Below are positions 53,665-64,000 of a stretch of 64,000 bases of DNA, piece after piece. Numbering within the stretch: position 1 is the stretch's first letter; each line of letters starts with the position of its first letter. The position numbers and the translations under genes were made by a program. The notes beneath the pieces were generated by a model. That model did no database searches. It saw nothing but the letters and a program-made list of their open reading frames with translations, and had not been told where the DNA came from. The DNA lies in IMG/VR virus record IMGVR_UViG_3300009161_000031, positions 1 to 64,000 of that record; one strand, given 5' to 3'. Source of the DNA: a virus.

Positions 53665-54100
53665 TTGTTCCCCTTTGGTTAGATTCCGAGCGGGTGTCTC
53701 CCGCTCGGCCTTGCCCCTAAAGCGTACCGCGTCGCGGGTGCCGCGCATAGCATCGGGGCCGCGATTAGGCGAAGAATCGGGAGCTTGACCGCGCAGCGTG
53801 GCCAGCTATGGGCCGATTCTCACGCCGCGTGGTCGTTGGAGGTCGTTCTGGCAGATGGTGCGCCAGCACGACAGACTTCTCCTAATATTTATTCAATTTT
53901 TCAAAAATATGTATTCAAGTTTTTGAATTCTTGCATTCAAGTTTTTGAATTTTTGGGTTGTTGTATATTTATGATGAAAGGGGGGCTTTTGGGGTTGTTT
54001 GGTTATATTTATTGGTATGTAGGCACTCTCTGTAAGGTTCGCATGTTTCGTCGCTCTACGGGGCACACAGGGGGCTCTCCGGGGATTGTACACGCCTATA

Positions 54101-55108
54101 TCATGGGCCTGTTTGCATACCTATTGTTGCTTTGTTGTGTTTGATGATTTGGCTTGCTACCCATTGGGCGACGGGTGCTGCGATGCCGTTTCCGATCATG
54201 CGGAGTCTGGGTGTATCTTTGACGGCTCTGCCGTCTGCGAGCGTGGCGCAATGGCCTTCGGGCCAGCCCATGAGTCGTTCGCATTCCAATGGGCTAAGCC
54301 GCCGGAGTTGATGGGTCCCGCCCGTTTCGGGTCTGAGGTTATCGACCGCAATGAGGGTCGATTCGCGTTCATGGGTGCTCGCGACCAATGATGGGGCTAT
54401 TGTTCCTTCGCCGTATTTTCCATATCCTGTTGATACAAAGATGCTTGGCGCTGGAGGATCTCCAAGAGTTGTTCCGGGATCGGGGCGTTGCGGCTTTGAA
54501 TTCGTTTCATGATGCCTGCGCAAGCTTTTGGGCTGAGGGTATATCGTGGGTGCGGACTCTCCTCCAGCATGGAAATCAGCGATGAGAAAGACTCTTCGCC
54601 TGCGTTGGGATAAGCCGAAGTTTTGAGCATCCAGGATTCGCCATTCGATTGCCATTGCCCCCAGCCCAACCATACTTTCGAGTACACGGAGAAATGACTG
54701 TCCATGTTCGGCACTAAGGAGTCCAACAACATTTTCTGCAACGGCGTATCGGGGATAAATTCCATCTGTGGCCTCTCTCATTTCTCGGATAATGCGGGCC
54801 GCTTCAAAGAAGAGAACTGACCGCTGACCTTTAAAGCCCTGCCGGGTGTCACCATAGACACCAGCGTTGCTTACATCCTGACAGGGGAACCCAAATGTGA
54901 TGATATCAACAGGCTCTATGTCATATCCGTTGATATCAACTATATCACCATATCTAGTGACGTTAGGCCAATGCCGTTCTAGGATGCTAGTGCAGCGCTC
55001 GTCTTTTTCGACTTGCCACTTGCATTCTAGTCCCGCAGCATCAAAGCCTAAATCTAATCCACCTACTCCAGCAAAAAGTGACCCATAGGTCATTGTTTTA
55101 GATATCAA
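54101..55108 (-). CDS. DNA (cytosine-5) methyltransferase
   Basis: SLFAGVGG; GFPCQD; ENV; QRRRRVF; RRLSPLECERLMG; IGNG. Confidence 0.93.
   Translation of the reverse strand: MISKTMTYGSLFAGVGGLDLGFDAAGLECKWQVEKDERCTSILERHWPNVTRYGDIVDINGYDIEPVDIITFGFPCQDVSNAGVYGDTRQGFKGQRSVLFFEAARIIREMREATDGIYPRYAVAENVVGLLSAEHGQSFLRVLESMVGLGAMAIEWRILDAQNFGLSQRRRRVFLIADFHAGGESAPTIYPQPKSLRRHHETNSKPQRPDPGTTLGDPPAPSIFVSTGYGKYGEGTIAPSLVASTHERESTLIAVDNLRPETGGTHQLRRLSPLECERLMGWPEGHCATLADGRAVKDTPRLRMIGNGIAAPVAQWVASQIIKHNKATIGMQTGP
54397..54765 (-). CDS. Nested alternative-frame ORF resembling the M.EcoHK31I beta polypeptide
   Basis: SSL..MLE...PRYTLSPKACAGIMKR motif, lying inside the MTase gene. Confidence 0.6.
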   Translation of the reverse strand: MEFIPDTPLQKMLLDSLVPNMDSHFSVYSKVWLGWGQWQSNGESWMLKTSAYPNAGEESFSSLISMLEESPHPRYTLSPKACAGIMKRIQSRNAPIPEQLLEILQRQASLYQQDMENTAKEQ

Positions 55109-55350
55109 GTGTTTTACTTAGTATAGAAAAGACCGCTCGGCCCCTGAGGACCCGTAGGTCCAATCGGACCAGTAACATATTCAATTTTATCAGAAATAGT
55201 TGCTGGAATATTGTTTATATTCGAACGGCTATCTACATATATAAAAATACCAACTGCAACAATAATTAAAAGAAGCGCTATTGTTAATACATCGTTTAGA
55301 CGTTCACTGTTATAGAGTAACCAGTTTTTCATATTTCCATCCTTTGTCTA

Positions 55351-55698
55351 TCAGGGCATATAAGCTTTTGCATACCCTTTTACTATCATATGACTATTGA
55401 CAGATCGACCTTGAAGGTGGGGGAACAATAGTTCGTCTAAAACAAGCGTTCCTAGGATGCGCCCATATTTCTCTGTCTTGTCTTTCGATGATTTCAAAAT
55501 TACAGGTGTCCCAACGGGGATAAGTTCTTTGAGGTAAGTCTTGGAAACTATGCCCTCGGGGGTAGAAATTTCTGGAGCATTGATTCCAATAAGTCTAACA
55601 GGTGTCTTGCGCAATATGACATTAAAACCTAAATCAATGTCTAATTTTACTGTATCCCCATCAGTTACTGAAGCAACAGTTGCGTAATACTCATACAT
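55351..55698 (-). CDS. Thermonuclease (SNase-like)
   Basis: VTDGDTV...VRLIGINAPE...EKYGRILG. Confidence 0.88.
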   Translation of the reverse strand: MYEYYATVASVTDGDTVKLDIDLGFNVILRKTPVRLIGINAPEISTPEGIVSKTYLKELIPVGTPVILKSSKDKTEKYGRILGTLVLDELLFPHLQGRSVNSHMIVKGYAKAYMP

Positions 55699-55982
55699 TA
55701 CTGAGCAGCGCGCCAGATTGTCTTGCGGAAAGGCCAGCGGCCTTTAGCAAATTCTGTAATCCGTTCGGCTTCATTGTCCTCGTTGATTACGTCAATAGTT
55801 TCAGTCTGAGGGAAAGTGCTCAAGAGTCTGGTGATTGCGTAGTTGCGAGTCTTAAAACCTTCTTCGCTGGCTCCAACTGTCTTCCAGTTTCCACCACGAG
55901 CAACAAAACGCCACTCTCCTGCATTGTCTGTGTATACCTGTGCATTGCGTACTCTAATCATATTGAGATTATAGCACATCAA
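55698..55982 (-). CDS. YegP/DUF1508-like protein
   Basis: VYTDNAGEWRF...N..TVGASEEGFKTR..A. Confidence 0.6.
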   Translation of the reverse strand: MMCYNLNMIRVRNAQVYTDNAGEWRFVARGGNWKTVGASEEGFKTRNYAITRLLSTFPQTETIDVINEDNEAERITEFAKGRWPFRKTIWRAAQ

Positions 55983-56888
55983 ATTTGGGATTTAGGTGAT
56001 TGCAACCACAATTCTTTGGAGAATGTTTTACCAACTTTGACAACTCATTATTCTTAACGGTCAAAATCTGGACATTATTCTCCAATTCAGCAATTTCTCG
56101 CTTCAACATAAGAATTTCAGTGTAACTGGTAGCAAAAATATCTTGATTCATTATTTCTCCTTGTCGCACAATAGACCAAAATTGGCAATAGCCCACAATA
56201 TACATAGAATGCCAATGTAGGAAACTCCAAAAAATATCTCCCAAAAAATATCACTCATCGTCTTCATCCTCATCTGCATCGGGGTCTTCATAATCCTCTG
56301 GAAAGGCGCTCCAGAATTTTCCAAGATTTTTCATCCTAAACTCTTCATCCCACATATAGGGTAGAGCTTCTTCGTTTGCATCTGAGTTAAACATGTAGTT
56401 TACTTCACGAGCTATCTTTAAATCGACAAGCATCTGACGCTGAAGAATATTTACAATAATCTGCCAAGATAGAGCATTATCTAAATGACGGGCAGTCTCA
56501 ACTATCTCAAGAAGAGATTCGCCATTATCCAACCAAGGAGGTACCCAATCACCAATCTGTGAATCGCCCATTTAGAAAGAGTCATCCTCGTCGTCCTCAT
56601 GTCTTGCACCGTTGACAAGATGATCTCGCATAATTTCTAGGGCACCATTCAACATGCCATATATAGCCCAACCTTCAGAGAAACTGCCGATGTCGTAATC
56701 GATTTCGAGGTCGCCTGTTTCTTCATCTAGTGTGATGGTAACAATCTTGATGTCAGGCATTCCGTCTAATCGTTGCATCGGTTCCTCCAAACTGGACTTG
56801 CTTTTCTTTGTCTCGCTTTGGTCTATATACAAACTTCGTGTTCTGCCGTCTAGCCTCGGGACTAAAAGACTCATTAATATCATTGATA

Positions 56889-57590
56889 TTAACGAATAGA
56901 GATGTTGTAGACCATAAGCGAGCGAGACTTGGGTCCCACAATACCATCAGGCACGAGCCTCCAGAACCGTTGAAAATCTTTGGTCGCCGCAGTGGTTTGC
57001 GGGCCGAAGGAACCATCTCCAATAAGATGTGTCCCATTGGCATAGTTCAACGCACACTGCCAATACTTGACCTCTTCATTTTGGGACCCTCCCTTAAGAA
57101 TAGGACCATCTTTAACTTTATTAATAAGATCACCTTTAAGAACATCACTCGCTTTAATTTGCGGGACATTATATGTAACACCAGGAACGAGGCATGCATT
57201 AGTCCAAGGACGATTATAAGCAGACCAGGAGCCAACACCATATGCTGTTCCGCGGGCTTCTGCGGTACTACCATTCCCTAGCGATATGGCTACATGCCCA
57301 GAAGGACCATACCCAGAGTATCCGCTGTTCGCTCCCATAAAGAGCAATGCTCCGGGAGTATGGATAGCTTGGTCGATAGAGATTAACGTATGGTTATCTC
57401 TTCCCATGATTGCTTGATTCCAACTCCCATTCGGAAGTGATACCCCATTTCGACCAAAAACCCAATGGGTATATCCAGAACAATCAAAAGAACGAGGATT
57501 ACGAACTGAAACAGCAGGGGCAGACGCATAGACATATGGCTTCCCGAACTGAGATCTTGCTGTATCAACAATTTGATTTGGTGTTGTCAT
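56889..57590 (-). CDS. Endolysin: NlpC/P60 peptidase plus peptidoglycan-binding domain
   Basis: GKPYVY...FDCSG...GHVAI; C-terminal DGSFGPQT..A..FQ...DGIVGP. Confidence 0.88.
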   Translation of the reverse strand: MTTPNQIVDTARSQFGKPYVYASAPAVSVRNPRSFDCSGYTHWVFGRNGVSLPNGSWNQAIMGRDNHTLISIDQAIHTPGALLFMGANSGYSGYGPSGHVAISLGNGSTAEARGTAYGVGSWSAYNRPWTNACLVPGVTYNVPQIKASDVLKGDLINKVKDGPILKGGSQNEEVKYWQCALNYANGTHLIGDGSFGPQTTAATKDFQRFWRLVPDGIVGPKSRSLMVYNISIR

Positions 57591-57924
57591 TATTCTCCTT
57601 TTACCATGTCACTTGACATTGGCTACAACGATAGTGTTCCCAAAGTACAGGAAACTCACATTTACATTTATCTGACTCCTCATCACAAAGAATGCAATGA
57701 TGAGACTGTTTACCCATTTTACCGCAATTCCAGCAAATGAGCAAGTGCTCAAATACTGACATAGTCGGTATATTCAAAAAGTTCCATTTGAACATATCCT
57801 TGCTGAACAAATAAAGTGGCACATTGCTTATGCACTATCCGATTGCCTGTATTTAATAAACACCATGATATCCTGTTTTCAACTCTAAGACCACACAAAT
57901 TACAGAAAAAATCTGTAAGGGGTA

Positions 57925-58245
57925 TCACTTATTTAAGCCAGTCTCTTTTTTTTTATCAAGGCTTATCATATATAGAACTAGATATCCAATGAGATCAATG
58001 ATAACATCTTCGTCTTCATCCGACTGACTAGAGGCAACCCGAGAAATCTTGTCATCAATTCGGACCTTAAGCTGCTCTGCGGGATCAGCCTTAGAGAAGA
58101 TTCGCACTGGCGAGAGGGCAGAGTCGCCATAGCGACGATTTTTCTCAATCAACAATGCTTCTATCTTATCTAGAGTAGCAATAATTGCATATTGAGTATC
58201 AGTCTTAAGACCGTTAACATAACCTACTGAATAATCAGACAGCAT
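57925..58245 (-). CDS. Nucleotide-modification-associated domain 1 (DUF1599-like) protein
   Basis: KNRRYGDS...RIDDKISR...DLIGY. Confidence 0.7.
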   Translation of the reverse strand: MLSDYSVGYVNGLKTDTQYAIIATLDKIEALLIEKNRRYGDSALSPVRIFSKADPAEQLKVRIDDKISRVASSQSDEDEDVIIDLIGYLVLYMISLDKKKETGLNK

Positions 58246-58972
58246 TGCGTTTACCTTGTCTTTTAAAGAAACGAAGAAGCATTTTATACAATAAACTTTC
58301 AGCTTCTGGCGATGAATAGTATACTCTCATATATGCATAATGAGTAATATTGTCTAAAAACACACAATCATCATTGTGACATTGATATATTACTTTAAAA
58401 TCCATAGGGTTGTTTTCAATATGGCAAGTGGTTTCAATAATCAACGCCTGCTCACAATGTGGGCAGTATCTATCTGGATAAGGAAATCCGGGGATTCTAT
58501 GCGGAATGGCAATTCCGCCATTGTCAAGTATTGAACCCATTATCAAAAATCTCCAAGAGTTGCTCCATTTTATATTTTGCAGTTGTTATTCCCAATATCA
58601 AACTTTTAAATTCTTCAATCTCAACATCCCGATCTGGAATGGATAGAAAAAAAGTTGATAGATAATCATCGTTATCTTTAAATACCTTTACAGATATTGC
58701 AAGGCTATTATCTGTTTCAATATGATCAGCTGAGGAAAATTCACTCACTGGAGAATGTTCCTTTAACTACCGTGTAAACCAACCTTGCAGTCAGTAAAGC
58801 GCTGATGGTTAAAGAATATGAAATTTTATATTGAAGAGCCCCTAGGGTTAACATTGTGATCCATGCCACAAAAAATACATATAGCAAATATGATATTGCA
58901 ATTGCCGCTACATTAGGTTTTTCCATATTTAAATCCTATCATATTTAGTAGTACAAAATGAATAATTGCAAA

Positions 58973-59341
58973 TTAATCTTCAATAGGGTGTTGCTGAATT
59001 TGCAGAGAGCCTGAAATTTTGTCTTGATTGATAGATAGTCTATCTACACATATCTGAAGGTGCCTAATTTCAGTAGTAAGTTTTTTGTTACTTTCGTCAC
59101 ATCTGTACATCTCTGCTCTAATGGCATCTAACGCATTCTGGAGTCTAGTGACTTCTGTTTGAAGATTCTGAACAACATCGTTATACGCTGCAAACAGAGT
59201 TGTGTCGGCTTCTACTTCAACTTTTTCTTTTACCCCACGCCAATTTATAATGGAAGAAATTGCGGCTACAATAATAGAACTGCTGGCTGCAATAATCGCG
59301 ACATTTGTGGTTGACATAGCTGCGAAAAAGAGGTGTGACAT
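58973..59341 (-). CDS. Membrane-anchored coiled-coil protein (possible lysis accessory)
   Basis: One TM helix, then heptad repeats. Confidence 0.5.
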   Translation of the reverse strand: MSHLFFAAMSTTNVAIIAASSSIIVAAISSIINWRGVKEKVEVEADTTLFAAYNDVVQNLQTEVTRLQNALDAIRAEMYRCDESNKKLTTEIRHLQICVDRLSINQDKISGSLQIQQHPIED

Positions 59342-59365
59342 AGATAAATTATGACATAGATATTG

Positions 59366-60046
59366 CTATACAGCAACCCTGCCAAATTCAAGAAATGACT
59401 GGTGAGTGACTGGCATAATTTGACTAAAAAGATATTCTATGGCTGAAGCAAACTCTCTGATTTCAAGCATGGCTTCTGGGGCATTTCTAAGGGAGACAAA
59501 GTTCATTAAACTTCTAGCATTGATGCTCCAATAAAATTCTGTATAAGTTCCTACTGGGAGAACAATGCGAGCAATTTCTTTTGCTACGCCTTGAGCCAGA
59601 AGTTGCTTGTAAGTTTGATGAGCAAAATCATAAACTTCTTGAACTTGACGTTGACTAAAACCTACCTGTCCAGTGGAGTCGTCCATTGGTTCAAAAGTAT
59701 AAGAACCAGGCTTCCCTGTTTGAGTTCTAAAGTGATCTATTTCTGGCATATAAAATTCTGACTCTGAAACAGAGTAACGCATGCTGAACTCATTGAAACT
59801 TCCGATCCGATGACGCATCCATTCTCTAGCTACGAAGATTGGGGTCTTGATATGAAATCTGAAAAAGTTATGTTCAAATGGAGTCCCGTGACGATTTTTC
59901 ATCAGAAATTTTATCAGTCCAACGTCAGATTCATCCATGAAATCTTTTTTCTGACCGAACGATACGCGCGCGGCATTCACTACGCTAAGATCAGTAGCCT
60001 CATAGCCATCTAGCCTTACAAAACCCTTATGTATATCTATCTTCAT
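59366..60046 (-). CDS. thyX: Flavin-dependent thymidylate synthase
   Basis: AARVS; HGTPFEH; REWMRHR..SFNEFSMRY; NARSLMNF..LR. Confidence 0.95.
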   Translation of the reverse strand: MKIDIHKGFVRLDGYEATDLSVVNAARVSFGQKKDFMDESDVGLIKFLMKNRHGTPFEHNFFRFHIKTPIFVAREWMRHRIGSFNEFSMRYSVSESEFYMPEIDHFRTQTGKPGSYTFEPMDDSTGQVGFSQRQVQEVYDFAHQTYKQLLAQGVAKEIARIVLPVGTYTEFYWSINARSLMNFVSLRNAPEAMLEIREFASAIEYLFSQIMPVTHQSFLEFGRVAV

Positions 60047-61776
60047 TAGTAGTTAGTATCCTTAGAATGGAGGCCAGTCTATATCTAGCTGGCTAGCTAG
60101 TATAAGAGCAGAGTATCAGAGATTTTTGCTCGGCGCAAGCGAAACGAGAATTTTTTTTTGTCAAACTAGTTGATCGGCTGGTTTGGAACTGCTATCATTG
60201 CCTTGATGGACAAGAGCGCTGCTATTCAAATTTTGTTAAATGAAATCAACAATACCGTCTTTCACGATGAGCGTACTTTGATTGTAGCAACCCGTATTTG
60301 GATGTCAAAAAACATACTCAATAATTAACTGGAGATAAAACATGCAATTAAGTTTTTATAATACTGATGCATTTCAATATTCTGGAGTAATTGATATTCC
60401 AGACAATCTTGCTTTATCTATTGAAAAATTTGCAGAGCAAGCCGGATTAAATATAGAAGATTATATTATATATTTGCTTACAGCTCATTTTGAGTCTTTA
60501 ACTCAAGAATAAAATAAACTGCTATGTTAATAGACAATCAAAGAATAGTTTTTGAAAAAGAATTTGAAATCTCTGTTGCAAATGCAGCAAAAATGCTTGA
60601 CGGAGAATTTATTCCCGAAGGCACTGAAGATGCTTACCTAGACTGCTGGGAAGATATACACCATTGCGGTACCTGCATCACTCGCGAAGTTTTGAATACC
60701 GTTTGGCCCTCAGTGGAAAAATATATTGACTCCCTTGAGTTTATAATTAATCAATTAGATCCTTCCGATGTCTTGAGTGCGTTAAAAAAAAAGAAAGATA
60801 TGTTGACGCACCAGCTCCCTGAGTGATGTATGCTGCCTTGCAACATCCACACCACCCGCCCAAAGGGGACTAAGTGACTATCAATCAAGAAATATCAGAA
60901 TTTTTAATGACCGAGCTTGCTCAAACTCGTTGCGATTTTGAAGACGATAGTAGTTTTTCATATAGTGTAATTGTTAACATTGCAATTTTAGGAAATACTA
61001 TTTCCGAATCACTTATTGAATTGTATCTTGTGCCAATTAAAGATGTTATCTCTGAAGAGTTAATTATGGGTACTTTATCTTATTTTCATGGTGCGGAGTT
61101 ATTAGTTGTTGCTTGTGATTGCTCATCTAGAAATACAAAGTGTTTAGTTTCAGATATTGAGTCTACATCTTGGCATCTATTTGGCCGTGGAGAAAAAATA
61201 GCTAAATCAGAATTTTATGACAGAGCTGCTCTAGATATTTTAGAATTAAGAGAAAGTCTTTTTGACGGTGGATGAAATAAATTCTATTGCATCTGATTGG
61301 TTTATTGAGATGCATGAGTGTGGACATATTGTCCATTGGCCTAATGATTGGCCAGAAGGTCACGGACAATCTGCTCCTAGGTTTATAAACTCTGTAGTCA
61401 GATGTCCAGGTTGTTATAAGGGACCAAAGAATTGGTTTGAGTATAGGAGAGTCAAAGCTTTGGCTATTCGTCCAGATTTATTGGGTAACAGTAAAGTATA
61501 ATCTTTGCTATATACTAAAACTGTGGTAACATAGTCTCATGGCTATTACTACAGGTACGATAGGAGCAGGCGGTGGGGGAATCAAAAATCCCCAGCAAGC
61601 ATCTTCTTCTAATAAACCAAAGGCAATAGATGTTACCCCTCAGAAGGTGTCTGTTGTTACAATTAAAAAATAGTCGATAAGTTTTAGCTTATGCTAAAAT
61701 ATGCTTACTGATTAGGTTTGCATACCCCAATTGCTGGGGACTCCCCCGAATTGCTCGGGGACTTTGGAGAAATATT

Positions 61777-62034
61777 ATGGCTGCTTATGCTGGCATTAAA
61801 GTACTTTACAAGACAGAGGCAGGATTTATTCCTGCTACGACTGTAGCTCACCGTACAGGAGCAACTGCTGCTGCTTCGGTGATTGCTGATGTTGCTATTA
61901 GTGGTGCAACATTTGTTGACATCGTTACAACGGGCTATCAGCCCACTCGCATTACGGCTGCGCCTGTTGCTGCAGCGTCGACCTTTGCTGCTCGACTTAC
62001 GAATGCCGTTGGAAGCGTTTGGCTTCCTGCGTAA
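61777..62034 (+). CDS. Small Ala-rich hypothetical protein
   Basis: RBS GGAG; followed by terminator. Confidence 0.55.
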   Translation: MAAYAGIKVLYKTEAGFIPATTVAHRTGATAAASVIADVAISGATFVDIVTTGYQPTRITAAPVAAASTFAARLTNAVGSVWLPA

Positions 62035-62061
62035 TTTAATTTAAGGTTCCGCTACCTTATG

Positions 62062-62091
62062 AGAAGCCCGCTGGAAACGGCGGGCTTTTCT
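62062..62091 (+). terminator. Rho-independent terminator
   Basis: AAGCCCGC-loop-GCGGGCTTTT. Confidence 0.75.
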
Positions 62092-62131
62092 ATGCCTTGA
62101 CTCAAAGTCATTTATTTGATAATATAGAGAT

Positions 62132-63109
62132 ATGGCAGAAACTTGGTATAATCATCTTGGCCTATGCGCCGACTATTCAACAGCAAACCTTGATTTAGCA
62201 GCCAGTATTGGCGCTCAGTGGATACGCACATCACCCGAGTATGGGTGGAATATTTCTGCCGCTATTATCAAAACTCAGACCGACGCTATACGTGCTAAAG
62301 GTATGAAGCATCTTGCTGTAGTTCAATATAACTCTGGGGGAACTCAAACTCATAACTACGATAATATGTTTACTGCTCCAACAATAAGAGCATCTTTTAT
62401 TAGTTGGGTAGCATCGTTAGCACCATGTTGCGATGCTATAGAAATTGGCAATGAATGGAATTTGACTGCAGTATTCTGGCAAGGCACTTTTGATAAAACA
62501 TGGAAGCAGCAAGCTCAACTTATGTATGACGTTGCCGTTGCTTGCAAAAAAAAGAATCCTGATATCATTCTCGTTACCGCAGGAATGTCGCCATATGGCA
62601 ACGATGACGGTGGTACTACCAACAAGTGGCCTCAGTCAGCGTTACCGCTACTTATTGCCGAGATAGACCGTCTTGCGAAGGCCGGAGGGCTAACAGGGTT
62701 TAGCGCCCTATTTGGTGGCATAGGACAGCATCTTTATGAGACAAAATATAATCCGAAGTCTGGCCCAGACGCTAACCATCCCGGTTGGTGGGCTGTCAAG
62801 CGTAACCGTACAGTCTGGTTTGGTGGAACCGCTAAAGGAACTTCAGGAACGTGGATTTGGCCGGGAATAGCAAAATATGGTGTCCCTATCTGGAACACAG
62901 AGTTTGGACAAAAGCGTATAGACTTTGCTAGTGGGGCGACTGCTGCAACTCATATGGGTTATTACTTTGAGGAGTATGAATCTCAGAAGGCTGCGGGTAT
63001 AAAGATAGCGATGCACGTTGTCATTTCCAAGAAAGCTTTTGATGGCGATTGGACGCTTGATCCTGATACCAAATTGCGTATCAAAACACAATCACTGAAG
63101 GCTTGGTAA
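62132..63109 (+). CDS. Clan GH-A glycoside hydrolase
   Basis: GAQWIR; acid/base IEIGNEWN; HLY; nucleophile PIWNTEFG; promoter TTGACT-17-TAATAT. Confidence 0.75.
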   Translation: MAETWYNHLGLCADYSTANLDLAASIGAQWIRTSPEYGWNISAAIIKTQTDAIRAKGMKHLAVVQYNSGGTQTHNYDNMFTAPTIRASFISWVASLAPCCDAIEIGNEWNLTAVFWQGTFDKTWKQQAQLMYDVAVACKKKNPDIILVTAGMSPYGNDDGGTTNKWPQSALPLLIAEIDRLAKAGGLTGFSALFGGIGQHLYETKYNPKSGPDANHPGWWAVKRNRTVWFGGTAKGTSGTWIWPGIAKYGVPIWNTEFGQKRIDFASGATAATHMGYYFEEYESQKAAGIKIAMHVVISKKAFDGDWTLDPDTKLRIKTQSLKAW

Positions 63110-64000
63110 ATAATATTATGAGTCAATCTGAAACTGAAACTAGATGTGTTTGTGCTAGGTGTGGACTAATTGCAATTGTCCCCAGCGACGGACGTTCAAT
63201 ATGGAGACTGGGCACTTGCCCTAGTTGCGATATGGTTGCATGGGTTGCCGATGAGTCAACTGCATAGTTATATTATATAAGTTATTTATAGCTATATTTT
63301 TTGATGTAACGTATAATAGCTTTATGTATGTTAGCTATTTTATTGGTGGACCATTGCATAGAAAAAAAACTAACAGCCGTGTAGTTCCAGCTGTAAAAAT
63401 TGTATTTAAAGATTCAAATAAAGTTATTCATATTTATGACAAGCTTAAAGTAACTAGCAATGAATTTCATGCGTGTTATCGATATGCTGGCGTATCTAAG
63501 ATCTAATGGTAAATACGTCACCACAAGTTGTGGTACACTGTTTCTCGGAGGATAGTAAATGAGATGTATTAAGTGTGGAAATTTTGCGTCATCTAAAGTA
63601 GAGATGCATGATGATTATCGATTTAAGATGCGCTATTACTGTACTCCTTGTCTTAAAATCTCTAAAAAAGGTGAACTTTTAAAATGGCAAATAAAAATAA
63701 GCTTGTTAGACCAATCAACTTAAGTATTCACGCTATTGAAGATAGTCGTGGAGGTTATACTGTTGATACATACTTTGGTGACCGAAAGATAAGAATTAAT
63801 TCTAATTTATATGAGACATCTGATATTGCATTAGATATGGCTGAACGTATTTTGTCTGTTGCTTTTGAGCGAATCTTAACTAAGACTCTTGGCTCTGTTG
63901 ACCTATAATTTTCTATCTGTTTTTGCTTTTCATTTAGCGATGGTATAATGTGATTATGGATTTAGAGATAGTGTGTATTATTAATTGTGACGATTGTGGA

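Noticed and set aside
41905-53788. Many + strand ORFs and long Arg/Pro/Ala-rich ORFs in the GC-rich region (e.g. 45479-46054, 52267-52722, 52283-52633)
   Set aside because: Shadow frames of GC-rich repeats and of real - strand genes; they lack RBSs and cross palindromes

Overview
A segment of a large lytic dsDNA tailed phage genome, probably infecting an actinobacterium (two WhiB genes, an Rpf-domain protein, a leaderless promoter, and a DnaE/RecA/Cas4/RuvC/terminase block like that of large actinobacterial siphoviruses). There are four zones. (1) 1-23.3 kb, + strand: replication, recombination and packaging core (DnaB, DnaG, SSB, dCMP deaminase, DnaE, RecA, two resolvases, Cas4-like nuclease, terminase), plus Rpf and a ferredoxin. 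(2) 23.3-40.5 kb, + strand: an AT-rich block of small accessory ORFs, two tRNAs and candidate structured RNAs. (3) 40.7-53.9 kb, - strand, the most striking part: a GC-rich array of about 21 mostly single-gene expression cassettes with a 415-657 bp period. Each has its own sigma70-type promoter (20 of 20 with an exact 17-bp spacer), a leader, a short ORF, a terminator-like hairpin and a long palindrome with conserved outer ends. The parts are visibly mixed and matched between cassettes, and some ORFs are chimeric. No dedicated recombinase lies nearby. (4) 53.9-64 kb: C5 DNA methyltransferase with a nested alternative-frame ORF, nuclease, NlpC/P60 endolysin, ThyX and a glycoside hydrolase. All calls come from motif recognition by eye; no database search was run.
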